Source: Ramazzottius varieornatus
Lineage: Eukaryota; Animalia; Tardigrada
NCBI GenBank assembly: GCA_001949185.1
Contig: BDGG01000002.1
Span: 2,725,826 to 2,789,825 of the forward strand
Reading direction: 5' to 3'
Length of the DNA stretch: 64,000 nt
Positions 1-14,609 of this stretch are shown here, in pieces; positions within the stretch are counted from its first letter, which is position 1; the number at the start of each line of letters is the position of its first letter. Below the pieces are notes generated by a model. It ran no database searches. It was not told the origin of the DNA and worked only from the letters and a program-made list of their open reading frames with translations. The position numbers and the translations under genes were made by a program.

Positions 1-1
1 C

Positions 2-896
2 GGTCACCGGATTAACGGCGTGTACAAGCTGCACATTAACGGAACCGTCAAGGCACGTCAATTATTTCATCCTATCCAGTGTTTTATCATAGGAAACCGT
101 CTCCTTTTTGGCCTCAGTGGATCTGTGCTTTGTTTCTTTCCCAGGAAGTAGGATGCTTTCTGAGTGGCGCACCCGCCTGGACCATCTTCCAAGCCCGCTA
201 CAAAGGCGACACCGATTTCAACCGTCGTCTGGTGGAGTACGCCAATGGATTTGGTAACGTTAGTGGCGACCACTGGCTCGGACTCAACACCATTCGGCAT
301 CTCGTGGAACTGGGTACGTTGATATCCATCCTGTGTGTGCAAACGCAAAAATAATATAGAAAATTGCCGTGTCTGGACGGCACATGGAAAAGGCTGAACA
401 AGTACACCTCATCAACATGCGAGGCAAATCAGGCTAAAAGCTCGATGTGGCATTAGTTTCACTTCTCCAATGCTGTCAGACTGCAGGCAGTGAGGTTTGG
501 TTTTTCGCAGGTAACAATCAGCTGCAGATCGTCATGCAGTCCTGGCCTCCAAGTCAGACCGTCATCGCGACGTACGGTTCCTTCGGTATCGGGACTCAGG
601 ATCAAGGTTGGCCCCTGTCGGTCGGAAGCTACAGCGGACCGGTGGCGGACGACATGAGCTACAGCAACGGTCGAGTCTTCTACACGTCCGACGTTCCGGA
701 CCCCAACCAATGTGCGGTCCACCAACGCGGAGGCTGGTGGTTCAATTATTGCTCTTACGCCTTTTTCAACGGTCGCTATTACCGCGGTGGACGTTACGCA
801 CCAACTTCCTCGTTCTACGATGGGATTTACTGGAAAGACTGGCTGGGTTATGATTACTCGCTGTACTCAGTCACCATGGCCGTTGGCCATCGTTGA
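2..896 (+). CDS. Fibrinogen C-terminal domain (FReD) protein, 5'-partial; exons ~2-52, 145-313, 511-896
   Basis: Spliced translation GHRINGVYKLHINGTVK|EVGCFLSGAPAWTIFQARYKGDTDFNRRLVEYANGFGNVSGDHWLGL...|...SYSNGRVFYTSD...CAVHQRGGWWFNYCSYAFFNGRY...GIYWKDWLGYDYSL carries the FReD motifs (WTxFQxR, GFG..GxHWLG, GGWW.xxC, GIxW). Confidence 0.93.
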
Positions 897-1109
897 TTCT
901 TTGTCCTCTCTTCCGCGATTCAGAGCGTGGTTTTTCAGAATTGCAACCGAATATTTTGAGCATGGGACGAAACTTCCCCAGCGTTTATTTCATTAGCATC
1001 GATAATACAGTTTCTGTAACGCAATGCGATTTCGAATGGAGAAATTGAAGGAAACGCACTGAAGTCTTTCTACGGATACTTGGCATGAAAAAAGTCCAAA
1101 TCGGGTTTC

Positions 1110-1854
1110 TCAGTTTTTGACATCGTGGCCTTGTTGTTGCGTGTTGTCATCGCATCTTCCCAACCTGGAGATGTGGATTTGTCGGCCCGTTTCTTCTCGT
1201 GCAAGGCACAAGAGACATTCGTTGTTGTAAGAGACGCCATCGCTGCCGCAAATGGGGAAGTACATCCGATTGCAGCCAATTCTTGGCTGATACTGCGAGC
1301 AATCAACCTACGAAGCAATGCTCGCGTAAACACGATCTTAGAAAAATGGAACGGATTCGCAAACTTTACCTTGTTGGAGTCGTCCACGCCGGCCGGCGGC
1401 TGGTCGTTCTGGATTTCCAGTGGTTGATCGCCGTTATTACATTCACCTGAGAGAGAAAACACCGTTAACAAATGTCGGATCCCTTTCTACCCAGTGCCGA
1501 GCTGTAAAATGCCACGATAAAGAAATGTTACTAGAGCAAACTCACCTTCATATTGGATAGTGATATCTTCCCGGTTGTTCTCCGCGTTGTCGTACTTTTT
1601 GACGCATAGCTCGCACAGGTTTGCGTAAGTCTTGTCGTTGCTTCCGCACAGCGGAATGAAGATTTTCGGACAACCGATTTTCATTTCCGGTTTACATTCC
1701 TGCCACACATGGAATAGACTTGTTGATCAGTTTCAAACATGGTATTAACACAACCGGAAGTGTTTGCTTCGTTGCTGCGACGTACCGGCTGGATGTTCCG
1801 CTTTCCGCTGACCACGCTCACCCCAACAATCAACACTGCGAAAGTCCAGAGCAT
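1110..1854 (-). CDS. Secreted two-domain Kazal-type serine protease inhibitor; exons 1854-1786, 1699-1546, 1446-1370, 1307-1110
   Basis: Signal peptide MLWTFAVLIVGVSVVSG; Kazal 1 CKPEMKIGCPKIFIPLCGSNDKTYANLCELC...YEGEC; Kazal 2 VDCSQYQPRIGCNRMYFPICGSDGVSYNNECLLC...LGRC (not in the ORF track). All introns GT-AG and phase-consistent. Confidence 0.9.
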
Positions 1855-3107
1855 TCTGATACCAACCGGATATTCACTACAGAGGTCGAGAAAGATCAGA
1901 AAATATGGGTCAACGATACGGGAAATTATGGATTGTTTATGGGCAGTTTATAGTTAGCAATGGGTCCTTGTTCTGGTTATATGGCATTTCAAGCCAAGCC
2001 TATGTTTCACCGAGTGTGTTGTCCGACTGTTTCACGCGGTTCACACACCTTCCACTGACTACTCTGTACATAGAACCGTGTTGTTTTTTCCGTGTACTTT
2101 GAACTAAACTGTTGACCATATCGTTACGATCAACAAAAAGTTGCCGGAACTTCTGTGTCGGTCAAGACTGACACATTTGCCGATAAGCTCTACTCGCAGA
2201 GATGAGTCAACTCGTAGAAAACTGCCACAGACGACGTACCGAGCGTGAAAGACGTGGACTCGACCACACTTCACCAATTCTGATAAAGAACTTTGGTGGC
2301 TTCGGCTGTTTGTTCTTCAAAACTAAAAATAATCCATCTGCTATGAAGAGAGCCAGTATGGAACGTGGGCAGATGAATTGAACCAGATCGTTGTTCGAAG
2401 CGGCGCACTTTTGCGTTGGTGTTAGCTGAGAGTGTGCGTCACTTGGGTAAGCGAGCTAGCCAGCTCTTTTGCCCATGGCCCATACGTCCTGCAAGGAAAA
2501 CGATCTAGTACAAGGGTGATTAAGGTTCGAATAATTGATGAAAACGGTGACCTAATGCAGTTGCCTGTGCTTCGGTCGCTGGGATATGTCAGAAGGCGGC
2601 ACGAAGGCTGTTAGTGTCCCATAACACGAAACTTTGCATCTTTTATTGCTTATTGAGAGACTGGCCGTGTCGCGCCAGATCAAAGGCAATAAACTAACTG
2701 ATCATCCCGCCATCCCGTAATGCGATGGAATGCATTAGGTATGCTCGTCAATGACAACATCAACATAGCACTATGTCGGTAATTTGCCCAAGTGCATTCT
2801 GTTAAATTACTCCTCATCAATTCCAACACACTCTAGTTCCCCACTAAAACCAAACACCCCCGCCGCGATAACTTGGTTCGGGATCGAAGAGTCTACATAG
2901 GCCATTCCCATATGGTTGTACTACAGGAACATAAAATTCAAACTCACTTGTGGTGTTCCCGGCTGGCTTTTCAAGTGTAGACCTGTCATGGTGCGACAGA
3001 ATACGGGAAAACGCCATTCAGTCTGCTGACCTTATCATGTGCAAAAGCTCGGCCAACTTACACCCTTTTTGTTCGGAAGAAAAACTTTAATCCTTTCAAG
3101 TTTCGGA

Positions 3108-4444
3108 ATGAGTGATGCGGTTGGTATTTTCCCGCGCAAACCTGACATCGGTAAGGTCGCGACGCTTCGCTGGTTGGAGCTCAACGATCGTACAGACAAG
3201 TCACTTAGCTTTGTCTACGTTGCACTAACGAGTATCTCTGCAAGTTCTTCGTTCAAAAACGGAAAAATTCGTTCTTGCCCTAGAAATCAGCGGAACAACT
3301 GCGCCTCATCAACTCTTCGTGGGAGACTTACCGCCCCATTTAACGGAGGACAATCTTCGGGACTACTTCTCCCCATATGGATCCATTCTGTAAGTCGACG
3401 TGCAAAAGCACTGAAATGTTCTGAAATGTTCTTCTCAGAGACAGAGTAGTAGTAGTAATTCTCACTTGCCCGGCAGAGACTGTCGGGTTATTCGAGATCC
3501 GGTGTCCCAAAGATCCAAGTGCTTTGGATTTGTCCGCTTCGCCAAGAACGAAGACGCGGAAGAAGCCATTGCACAGACCAACGATGCCAGTATCGACGGC
3601 AAGAAAATCCGAACGAACTGGGCTTTCAAACGCGGACCCACCCATCCTCTGTCCCATGAGCAGATCCTTGCTCAAGCTTCTGGCTACAACACAACGATTT
3701 ATATCGGAGGACTCGGCCAGAATTTCAGTGGTACGTACCCCATTAACGTTAGGACTCCTCCGAAAGCCTCTCTTCACTTCCCCATGTCAAGAACGGGGAT
3801 TTACTTTCAGCGGACTTTGTCAGAGGAATGTGCGCAATGTACGGCGGCCTTCTAGAAATTCGTCTCTTTCAAGAGAAAGGTTATGCGTTCGTTCGCTACG
3901 ATAACCGTGACAGCGCTGCGGCTGCCATCTTGGGCATCCATAACAGCGAAATCAACGGCCATTTAGTACGGTGTTCATGGGGAAAGGAGCCCAGGGATCC
4001 GTTCATCAACAAAGTAAGTCATTTTCAAGCAAATCTTTCGACCATTTAATTTCTAGAACAAATGAGGGCAGAAAACCGAAACTTGCAAGATCCTCATCTC
4101 AAGTGGCGCGCGCCTCCACTCAGTACCGTTGAAATGTGCCTCACTTGATGCGATTTTCTTGTATGTTTCGTTGTCGACCTACAAGGGAATTTTCTCCGAG
4201 CTAACTCGTCACTTCCGGTCATAGATTGATTCAGGTTGGATTTCTCTTCATGTAGATGACGAGGTCGCTGGCTAGGCTACCCAATAATGCCATGCTGGCA
4301 CCTCAAGCAACATCAGGTCTTCCGACACAAGCTTGGCCCTTCTTACCGATGGTCCCAACTCATACCCAGGCCACTCAGATCGCTGCTAACATCGGGAACT
4401 ACCACATTTCCTTCCCCTATGGCACACCATTTTACACCTACTAA
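3108..4444 (+). CDS. TIA-1/TIAR-like RRM RNA-binding protein, apparently with only two RRMs
   Basis: MSDAVG...|ISGTTAPHQLFVGDL...|DCRVIRDPVSQRSKCFGFVRF...GKKIRTNWA...NTTIYIGGL|...IRLFQEKGYAFVRY...GHLVRCSWGKE resembles TIA-1 RRM2 and RRM3; short P/Q/Y-containing last exon 4256-4444. Confidence 0.85.
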
Positions 4445-4629
4445 GTAACGCCATAATTCACGTCATTCCATTAATAATTTTCGCGGTTGACAAAATGTCT
4501 ATTTCGTGGCTTTAATATTAATGGAGAATATTTTGCCGTATCTTCATGTGATAAGAGGTGCCCCGAAAAAAACTGATATCAAAAAACGTATTTTCGCTAC
4601 AAAGAATAAACCGACATACTTGAGTTACA

Positions 4630-6448
<1,819 letters not shown>

Positions 6449-6894
6449 GGTTCAGCTGATCCGTAAGCACAATCGAGATCTCAGATGGCCGTGGAGACGA
6501 GCAAATGTCGGATAAGTCGAGACAAAAGTAGGATAATCCATCGAAAATAAAACGAAGTTTGCAGCTGCCATGAAACAGCATCCGTCCGTAATGTATGCCC
6601 GAAGCTTGGTGTTGGTACGCCTGACTCACCCCAGGCGTTATTTACTCGTACGAGTCCAAACGTACAGTTACGTACGTGACGAAGCAGAATCGAGCTTCCA
6701 GCTTCCAAGCAGTACGAGTACACTTTCTGGAGACTGGAGAACCGGAAGTGACTTCCTGTCCAGGCTGGTTTTATCGGCTTCAAACAATAAGGAACGTAAA
6801 ACTAAAAAACCACCGATATGTACCAAAAACAACCGCCATGAGTGGATACATACTGTAACTCGTTTATCACAGCAGAAAAAGAGCAAGGAAGAAA

Positions 6895-9800
6895 TCACTC
6901 GAACGTGATGAGAATACCGGTATCCGTCAGAAATTCATCATATTCATTGCGGAATCTTTCAGGGACAAAGGAACTCAACATTACGGAGACCTTATTTATT
7001 TTCATGCTAGTCGAAAAGCTCTTTATGACCTTGATCGTATCTTTAAGGCTTGTCGACGTCCCGCTCTTCAGTGGCCGAAGTACTCCAATCAGCCTCTTGA
7101 ATTCTTGCTGGTCCAGGACAGACTTCATCGAAGTGACGATATCCGAAATTTCTTCATCTTTGGGAGTTCTATCCGTTACCCGTGGGGCACTGACTACGTT
7201 AACGAAGCCGGTTGGCACTCCCGGAACTTGACTAGGTTTATCGGTAATTTCGGAAGTGTCGAGGGCGAAGAGGATAGGCTTCACGGTCAGCTTCCTTTGC
7301 GCACGAGGAGCTATCGGTGTGGACGTGGAAGTGGGAGAGAACGACCATGCCTTTGGTATGGACGATAGCTGAGAGGCCTACAAAATCACAAACAACTATT
7401 CGCCATCCAAGCAAAGTAATGATCGAGAATTCTGCGGCGTTTTCGACATCAGTTCAACATGCCCTTTAACGAAGCAAGCTTATCTTCCCTAATAGACGAA
7501 CTGAACAACTTTCTGATGCCGTTTCGCGTTCAAATTTTGTCAATCTTTGTCGAAATTTCGTTTGGCTGTTCAGCACACGCGCCTGACCTTACTGTTGGCA
7601 TGGACAAGACTGTGGACAGCCGGTCGAAAGCGGCAATGACCAGCAATATCCAACGTGCGTTGTCGCTTTCGCCTGGCTGCCAACTGTTGTTCATGCCAAC
7701 AGTTGGGTCAGATGCGTGTACTAGAAGCATATGAACAAAACGATTAACTCCCAACATTTTGTAGGATATTTCCATACAGTCGTACTGGTCAACGCTACGA
7801 AAATGAAATTGGTTACCGTTATGGTTGTTGCGGTAGCTTTTCCGCCAAACGCAACTTCCTTCTGGGCAGGTTGCGTCTTTCCCATAGCGTCAAAAACTGA
7901 GCCAGGACCTAACGTCCTCGCCAATCGTTCAGGCTTTTGCGAGGAGTACATGTCCAAGACGTCGTCATCTCCCGTCAACTGCGCAGACGAGGCTTCACTA
8001 AAACATCCCACGGCACTGGAACAGAAGTTGTTATCCGGCGAGCATTGTCGCTTCTTGCCTGCAACACAAGAACCACTAACTCTCTATTAAACAGCTACCG
8101 CGGAGAAAGACACCAATCGTATGAAAACGGAACGTCGGAAAAATTATGACTCCCCAGATCGTCATTGCAAGTGGCGCACCGGCACTAGCTGAAGCGTGCG
8201 CCACTGGAGAAATTGATCTAAGTGAGTTCATCAGACGACGTTTTAAATATCAAGAGCTGTCAAGGATGTCAAAAGAAAGCGGCTTCTGGTTCAGACCCCA
8301 CTGTACTGAATTCTTCGTACTCTGAGTATTCGGTTCATTTTGCGCGGTGTCTCGAAACACCGTCACCATCGGTTGTCTGTCCGATCGGTCAAGGAAAAAG
8401 GCCGACAGCGCCCTCTTGGACACGGGAAAGGAGTAGTTCCGGACGGCGTTCCGCAGCCAGCCACTCAGCTGCTTCTTGCTGCTGTCCTGTTCGAAGCGAC
8501 AATCGCTGAGGATGCAGGCACCGAAGTCGTCAGCGTGGCGGATGGCTCGACCCAGGGACTGGTTGACGGCTGACCATGCTTCACGATTGTACCATTCGTT
8601 GGAGGAGAGAGTCTTGGTGGCTGGATTGCGGAAGGACTGGTCCAAGTACTCCATCTTGACTCGGATTCGCGGCTCGAACTTGTTCGGGTAGGGCAGTCCG
8701 GTAATGATAACACCACGAGCACAAACATCAGGAAAATCCACACCTACAAAAAGTCGTCATAAGAATAACTTTCGAAATATAAATATTCGCAGTGCTTCCG
8801 AAGTCCAAATGTCGATCACTCTACTAAATAGCGAAAAAACTGGCAGCACATAAGTTAAGCTGGACAGAAAAAATGACTTTTCCGATTCTATACTTTCTAT
8901 AGAGAAAGAAACGTAGACAATCGTCCATTACAACGGCTCCAATGACTGAATGTGAGCCGTACTATACCCGCAAGAAAACATCTACTGTGGCATCTTGTAC
9001 AGCTTACCCTCGCTAATTTTTCCGCGGCAGACGCCGAAGAACGCCGCTCCCTTCCCTCCCGCTTTATTCAGCTCGAAGTACTGCTTCAGTTGCCCAGTGA
9101 ACTCGGTTCTATCTGTAGATTCCACGAAGCACTCTTTTCTCTTTTCCATGTCGTCCCAGACTTCCTGGGCTTTCCACGTGTCTACACAGTCTGTCATGGC
9201 CCGGTAGGACGAGAAGAAGATCAGCACACCATCGGGTATAACGTCAAGAAAGTTCACGATACCCCGTCCCAATGATCTCCGGTAAGCCACTGACTCTCTA
9301 TTCTTGAATGACGACGTCCACTCGACATTGTCGGGTCCTTTTCCGACCACACCGACCCAAACTTGGCTACCTACAACATAAAAAAAACTCCGTGAAACGT
9401 TCGACAATGCCAATTCAGAGGTGTAAACATTGTCATGAAGGCTTACAGGAGCACTGTAAACAAACTCGACAACATCGCTTCCCCAAGTGGCACACGCTTC
9501 CAGCCAATGTCACCGAAAGTGTGCGCCGCTTGAGAAAACTATCTGGTCGACTCTGTTTGTAAAGCTTGCATACTAGTATCTCACTTCAAATTAAAAAATT
9601 GTCAAACTTCCTATTAATTTTTCGTTCTGTTTTCCTCACCGCACCAAAGAAAGAATTTCCAAGAATCTAATTTTCCAAAACTCTAGGGCAGTCTAATTAT
9701 GACAATGAAGATTTTCTAGAAAGTAGGCGTACTTTTGATGATATGAGGGTTGAACAACTGGACATTGAACGGCACCATCAGCTCTTTCAACAGCGGTTCA

Positions 9801-11743
9801 ACCGGCGAAAGCGTCCCCGACGTAATCAGCAAGGAATGCACTCCGGACGCCACAACCGTCTTCATGGTGAATCCAGGCGAGAGACACCATACCGAAAGGA
9901 CCCTCGACTGCTTGGTCGTAAGGCTCGTTTCCGCATTCCATCCCTCGCCCCGTATCTTCTTCCTCACATCTTCCACCCGCATGTACACACGAAAGAAGGT
10001 ATGCGAGTCTTTCTTGGCGTCTTGAAACGCCACTCCGAGAAGATCAAAGAACTTCTGGACGGCTAAGGCCGAATGCGGCTGCAGCGCCGCGCTTTCGTCT
10101 TTCTCACTTTCCCTTGTCAAATTCTCCAGCGTCGCCCACAACATCCCCCACTGATTCTGCCCCTCTTTCTCCCCGACATTCGCCTTCTGGAAGAGCTCAG
10201 TAAGGTACGGTAAAGGTTTAACGATGCCTGAGTTGGAGTCTGCCGAGAGGGAGACAGCTTCGAAAGATTTCTCGAAGTCTAGAAGAGCACGTTTCAACTC
10301 GGCAATTTCATGCAATGTGATGCTCAATTGATTGCCTTGTCCGTTGATTGTCTGCGTCTGTTCTTGCGCTTCCGCTTGGCTTGTTTTATCGCCTGATCGA
10401 ACTAAATGAACGAGTATTCTGTTTATCTCTTTGATGGCTACTGCGAGATCTATGGAAGAGATCTCATACGAGTAGCTTTCCTCACAGACTTTGCCAACGT
10501 TGTGGCCTTCGTCGAGAATGACGACGGCGTTCTGGAGTTCGAGCTTCATGGTCCTTCGGATGGACGGGTCGAATATGTAGTTGTATGGCATGAATACGAT
10601 GTCGGCTGTTTTCTCTGTGCTTTTCGAGAGAAAGTACGGACAAACGGTGTGACGCTTGCCGTAGGAGATCAGTTCTTCGATGTCGGACACTGGATTCAGC
10701 GCGAGACTGTCCATCTTCTCTTCCAGGTTCATGTAGTACTTGCAGCGACGAGCTTTGACTTTGTCCCGACATGCTCGGTTCTTGGCGGGGTTGTTGGGAA
10801 GTCTCTGGACGTCCTCGTGGATGCACATCTGCTCTCTCGATCCTAGTACGGATACTTTAGACCTGCAAAACGTGAGCAATCAAATCAAGGATCTACCAAA
10901 AGCCCACTGACAGTGAATTCGACAGGTAGACACACAGGAATAGAATCCACGATGCCAGCATGGAGCTACATTACAGACTGCTATGTTTTCTATAAGGACT
11001 GCCATCCTATCACCAGTCAGCATGCCATGAGCGAGACCATATGGCGAGCTGCACGGTTTTCCATATGGCAAGCTGCACGGTTTTCCATATGGCGAGCTGC
11101 ACGGTTTTCCATATGGCGAGCTGCACGGTTTTCCATATGGCGAGCTGCACGGTTTTCCATATGGCGAGCTGCACGGCTCTGCCTAACAAGCGCATGACGT
11201 AATCGCATAAGCCGACAAACCAGCACTGGAGCGCAAAGTTCATACTGACGTCATGCGTCGAAATCAACACTGCACTGGAAATCGTTGCTCGCGTTGAAAC
11301 TTCGTACCATCTGTTTCTCGCCAGCCCCTCACTTCCAGAAACCCTGACAAACATCCACGAAAGACCTACTTGTTGTAGCCTGTTCTTTTGAGTTCCTGCA
11401 TGACTTGAACGAGTTGGGAATGTGTCCGCGAAGCGTAGATGATGCGAGGGTGTTCCGAGCTGCGGACGTCCTCTATACGCTGTTGCCTCCGTCTGGCTTC
11501 AGGACCAGCCTGTGTGCTCGCATTAGTCATTAAGGTAGGAGGATTGGACTTCATGTGAGCTTGTAGCCACGCGAGAGATGCGCAGAGCAGACAGAGCGTT
11601 TTACCCGTTCCGGTGGGACTTTCCAAAAGAGCATTGGACTTCGTCTGCAGCGCTTCGATAACTTTTTCCATGTAGTTGATCTGAATTTCGTACGGCTCAA
11701 ACGGAAAGTTCACCTCGATCCCCCGAATTACCGTCCGTGTCAT
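6895..11743 (-). CDS. RTEL1: Regulator of telomere elongation helicase 1 (XPD/DinG-family Fe-S helicase), multi-exon
   Basis: IRGIEVNFPFEPYEIQINYMEKV...LLESPTGTGKTLCLLC; IIYASRTHSQL; Fe-S cysteines (SREQMC...C...C...CPYF); VILDEGHN; ITSGTLSP; VCRGKISEG; NQSLGRAIRHADDFGA; C-terminal harmonin-homology-like helical segment at 6895-7150. Confidence 0.93.
11037..11177. repeat. 24-bp minisatellite, about 6 near-perfect copies, in RTEL1 intron 1
   Basis: Unit ATGGCGAGCTGCACGGTTTTCCAT repeated head-to-tail, with one G>A variant and no spacers. Confidence 0.95.
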
Positions 11744-11861
11744 CTCTCACGTCTTTTCCACCTAAAAGGATCAGAACGGCAAAACAGGCAAAGATCTTAA
11801 AATTAGCGCCAAACAAAAACTAAAGGAAATTCAATAAAATCCAGTTTTCAACACTTGAGAC

Positions 11862-12479
11862 TAGTGCTGGCAACGATAAGGTATACCGATATCGTATCGA
11901 AACATATCGAATCTTTGCGATAAAATATGCGGCAGATATCGTATCAAAAATATCGATATGATACTCATATCGAGCAAAGCAATAAAATATTCGGCGCTAT
12001 CGTATCGCGTCATATCGATATTTTCGAAATATCGGTATTTCGCTGAATGGCAAACTCGCCAGCGATATATCGTTTACAGAAGACCACGGTTGATTTCAAA
12101 GACTTGATTTTGGCCATGGTGTACCGAGCACACTCCGCCCATTCGGTTCTGGTACTAATTCTGTCCAGGTTTGCATGTGTTTGAAGTCTTGGTATAGTCA
12201 TGTCTTTGCTGTATCCGACGCTTTTGATCTTAATAATACTTTATGTGGAAATCGGCTTCTTGAGTTTTGGGGCTTGAACTAGTGGAATTCCGAAAAACTT
12301 AAAATTCCAGAAATGTCCATATATCGCTGCGATGACACAATATATCGAAAATACGGTATCGAAAAAATAACGTATCGAAATATCGACATCGGATGAATAT
12401 CGAAGTCCGCAATAAAATATCCGTCCATATTATATCGAAAAATATCGTATCGAATTTTCTCGTATTTTTGCCAGTGCTA
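11862..12479 (+). mobile_element. Non-autonomous TIR element (hAT-like MITE, ATATCG/CGATA subterminal repeats), copy 1
   Basis: Imperfect TIRs TAGTGCTGGCAA / TTGCCAGTGCTA; dense CGATA/TATCG motifs; similar over its full length to 19392-20014 in inverted orientation. Confidence 0.85.
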
Positions 12480-14609
12480 GTCACACTTCGTTCGATTAAA
12501 CAGTATAGGAATATGAGTTTTACGATCTTCTTACATACACGCGGCTGGCATAATTGTTGCGATGGACAAAATTATGGGGAGTGCAAGCTTGCGGCAATTT
12601 AACGCAAAGAATGTTATATCGGAACAGAAACTGGCCATGTGACGTCAGGAAGTGAATATTTCACAGTGCGCTCCTTTCGTACGGTATCATTCCAAGTTCT
12701 GTGTTCTTTCATGAGTTGTTTTTCCAATCTCGAGAAACTTTACCTTGTAAAATGGCGGAATATCTCAAGAGCAAGAGGCGCCGAAAGTATACCGTGGAAA
12801 GTCTGAAAGATGCAATTCGCGCAGTGGCAAACGGGATGCCAGTTGTATGGTGAAAGCCAGTTCTGTTTCAATCGTAAGCGAACACAGCTGGCGAAGCCGC
12901 TGTTTCGGAAATGACTTCCCCATAATTTTGTCCATCCCCAAAATTAGGGCAGCCGCGTGTACTAACAATGCCCATTTCTCAGTGTGACGCTGCCCGCTTC
13001 TCCAAGTCCAAGTTTTAATTTTCCGAGTTTTAATTTTCCGAACTCTCTTTCTGTCGTCTTTTCGTTCACAAAATTATGTGTGCACGAAAGTTCCGTGGCT
13101 TCGGTAACATTAAAACAGAGTTTGGACAGAGAAGGAAAGTTCCCTTGCTCTGTTCATACACGCATCAGAGATATTACAATACATATCAATAAGGACCCGA
13201 TTTGAAATCTTGGTGGAGTGAAGCGTGATCAGTCCAGTCAGCGAATTGGACTTGGCGCGTCAAGCGATCCGAGCTACCCGCCTCTCCCACATTGCGCCAC
13301 TTGACTTCCGCTCTCGTTCCTTCTCGAAATCCATCATGTTCTCGACCGAAACTAGCATTGAAGTTAGGAAGAGATAATTGTCTTCCCCAAACTATCGCCA
13401 GAAAAAGCGAAAGAAGTCCGGGCTTTATCCAGTAGACGGCTAAATAACAGGCTCCGCGAATTCCGCTGCCCTGCTGAACTCGCGCGGCGTAATATTCGTT
13501 TTATGCTAATATTCTATGCCGGAAGTGAGCAAACCGCGAAACGGTTTCTGCACAGAAACTGACACAGTATAAAATCATGAGATTATCTATTCAGAGCCGA
13601 AACGTGACTTGCGAAACAGGTCTATTAGATGGTCCCAGGTCGTGGCATATTATATTAAGATTAGATTAGAGATCCGGCAGCCCGAGCTTATTAAATCAAA
13701 ATTATGTTATTTCTTAATACCCTCATGCCAACATCACTACTCTCCGGCAAGGCGGGGTTTAGCAGCACATCAGTGGGCGTGAGAGTCTGATACTACCGTC
13801 GACGCATTCTAAGCGGTGTTATTTTACATTGCAATAAAAATAATAAAAAGTCACGTACTAACGTTAATTCTACGTGATCAGCTGACGGCAAGAAAAATCA
13901 ATTACTGCTGACGAATTTCAATTATTAAGATTACAATACGATTTGCAGGTTCATGAGTCCGGCGATCCACCTGCATACTCGCAATGCTCATTGCTGAAGG
14001 CGATGCTGTCTACTTTTCCAGGTTCTGTTTTGCGCTTTCGAACGCTCGGTGTGTCGAATTCGTCGAATTTTGATGTCGAATTTTTATCTATTTGTTGCTA
14101 TATCTGGAGATTTGGTCAAACGATGAAAGTATGTAAGGAGGAAAGTACGCCAAAGCGATGTTGGGACTGAGGAGCAAAGTTCCCTTGCTCTGTTGACACA
14201 CGCACCAGAAATATTAAAATATATTATATTAAGCAGTCGACGAAACAAGTTGATATATTAACATCATATTAGAGGCTCCGAGGTCGCGGCATCCTAATTT
14301 ACATATACTGTTATCCATTTATTTTCACTGTATGCTCTGGTAATCGCCGGGTTTCGACCCAAAATTGGTTGAAACTTGTCCCAAAATTCATAAATGTTGT
14401 CTAGGTGTTGCGAACGTGGCCGTTTTTTCAGTTTTTTATTTTGCAGTTCAGAATTTGTTTCCGAACCTATATGTCGCCTGTATGTTTCATAATGCGACTC
14501 ATTACCTAGCAAACTAGCAAATAATTTGCGCAGTTCCGTTTTGCTGACCTCTATGGTAGTTACGTCTGGGTTTTGAGTTAACTGTGTGCGACCTTGATAA
14601 GGCAACAAA

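Noticed and set aside
6615-6635. AP-1/ARE-like TGACTCA site upstream of PSMC6
   Set aside because: On the gene's strand it reads G|GTGAGTC, more probably a 5' UTR splice donor; no independent support for a regulatory role.
11037-11177. CRISPR-like array
   Set aside because: Units are contiguous with no unique spacers, lie in a spliceosomal intron, and no cas genes are present.
10913-11354. Repetitive ORFs (WRAARFSI, MENRAARH, QLAIWKTV) as proteins
   Set aside because: They are translations of the intronic 24-bp minisatellite, which has no stop in several frames.
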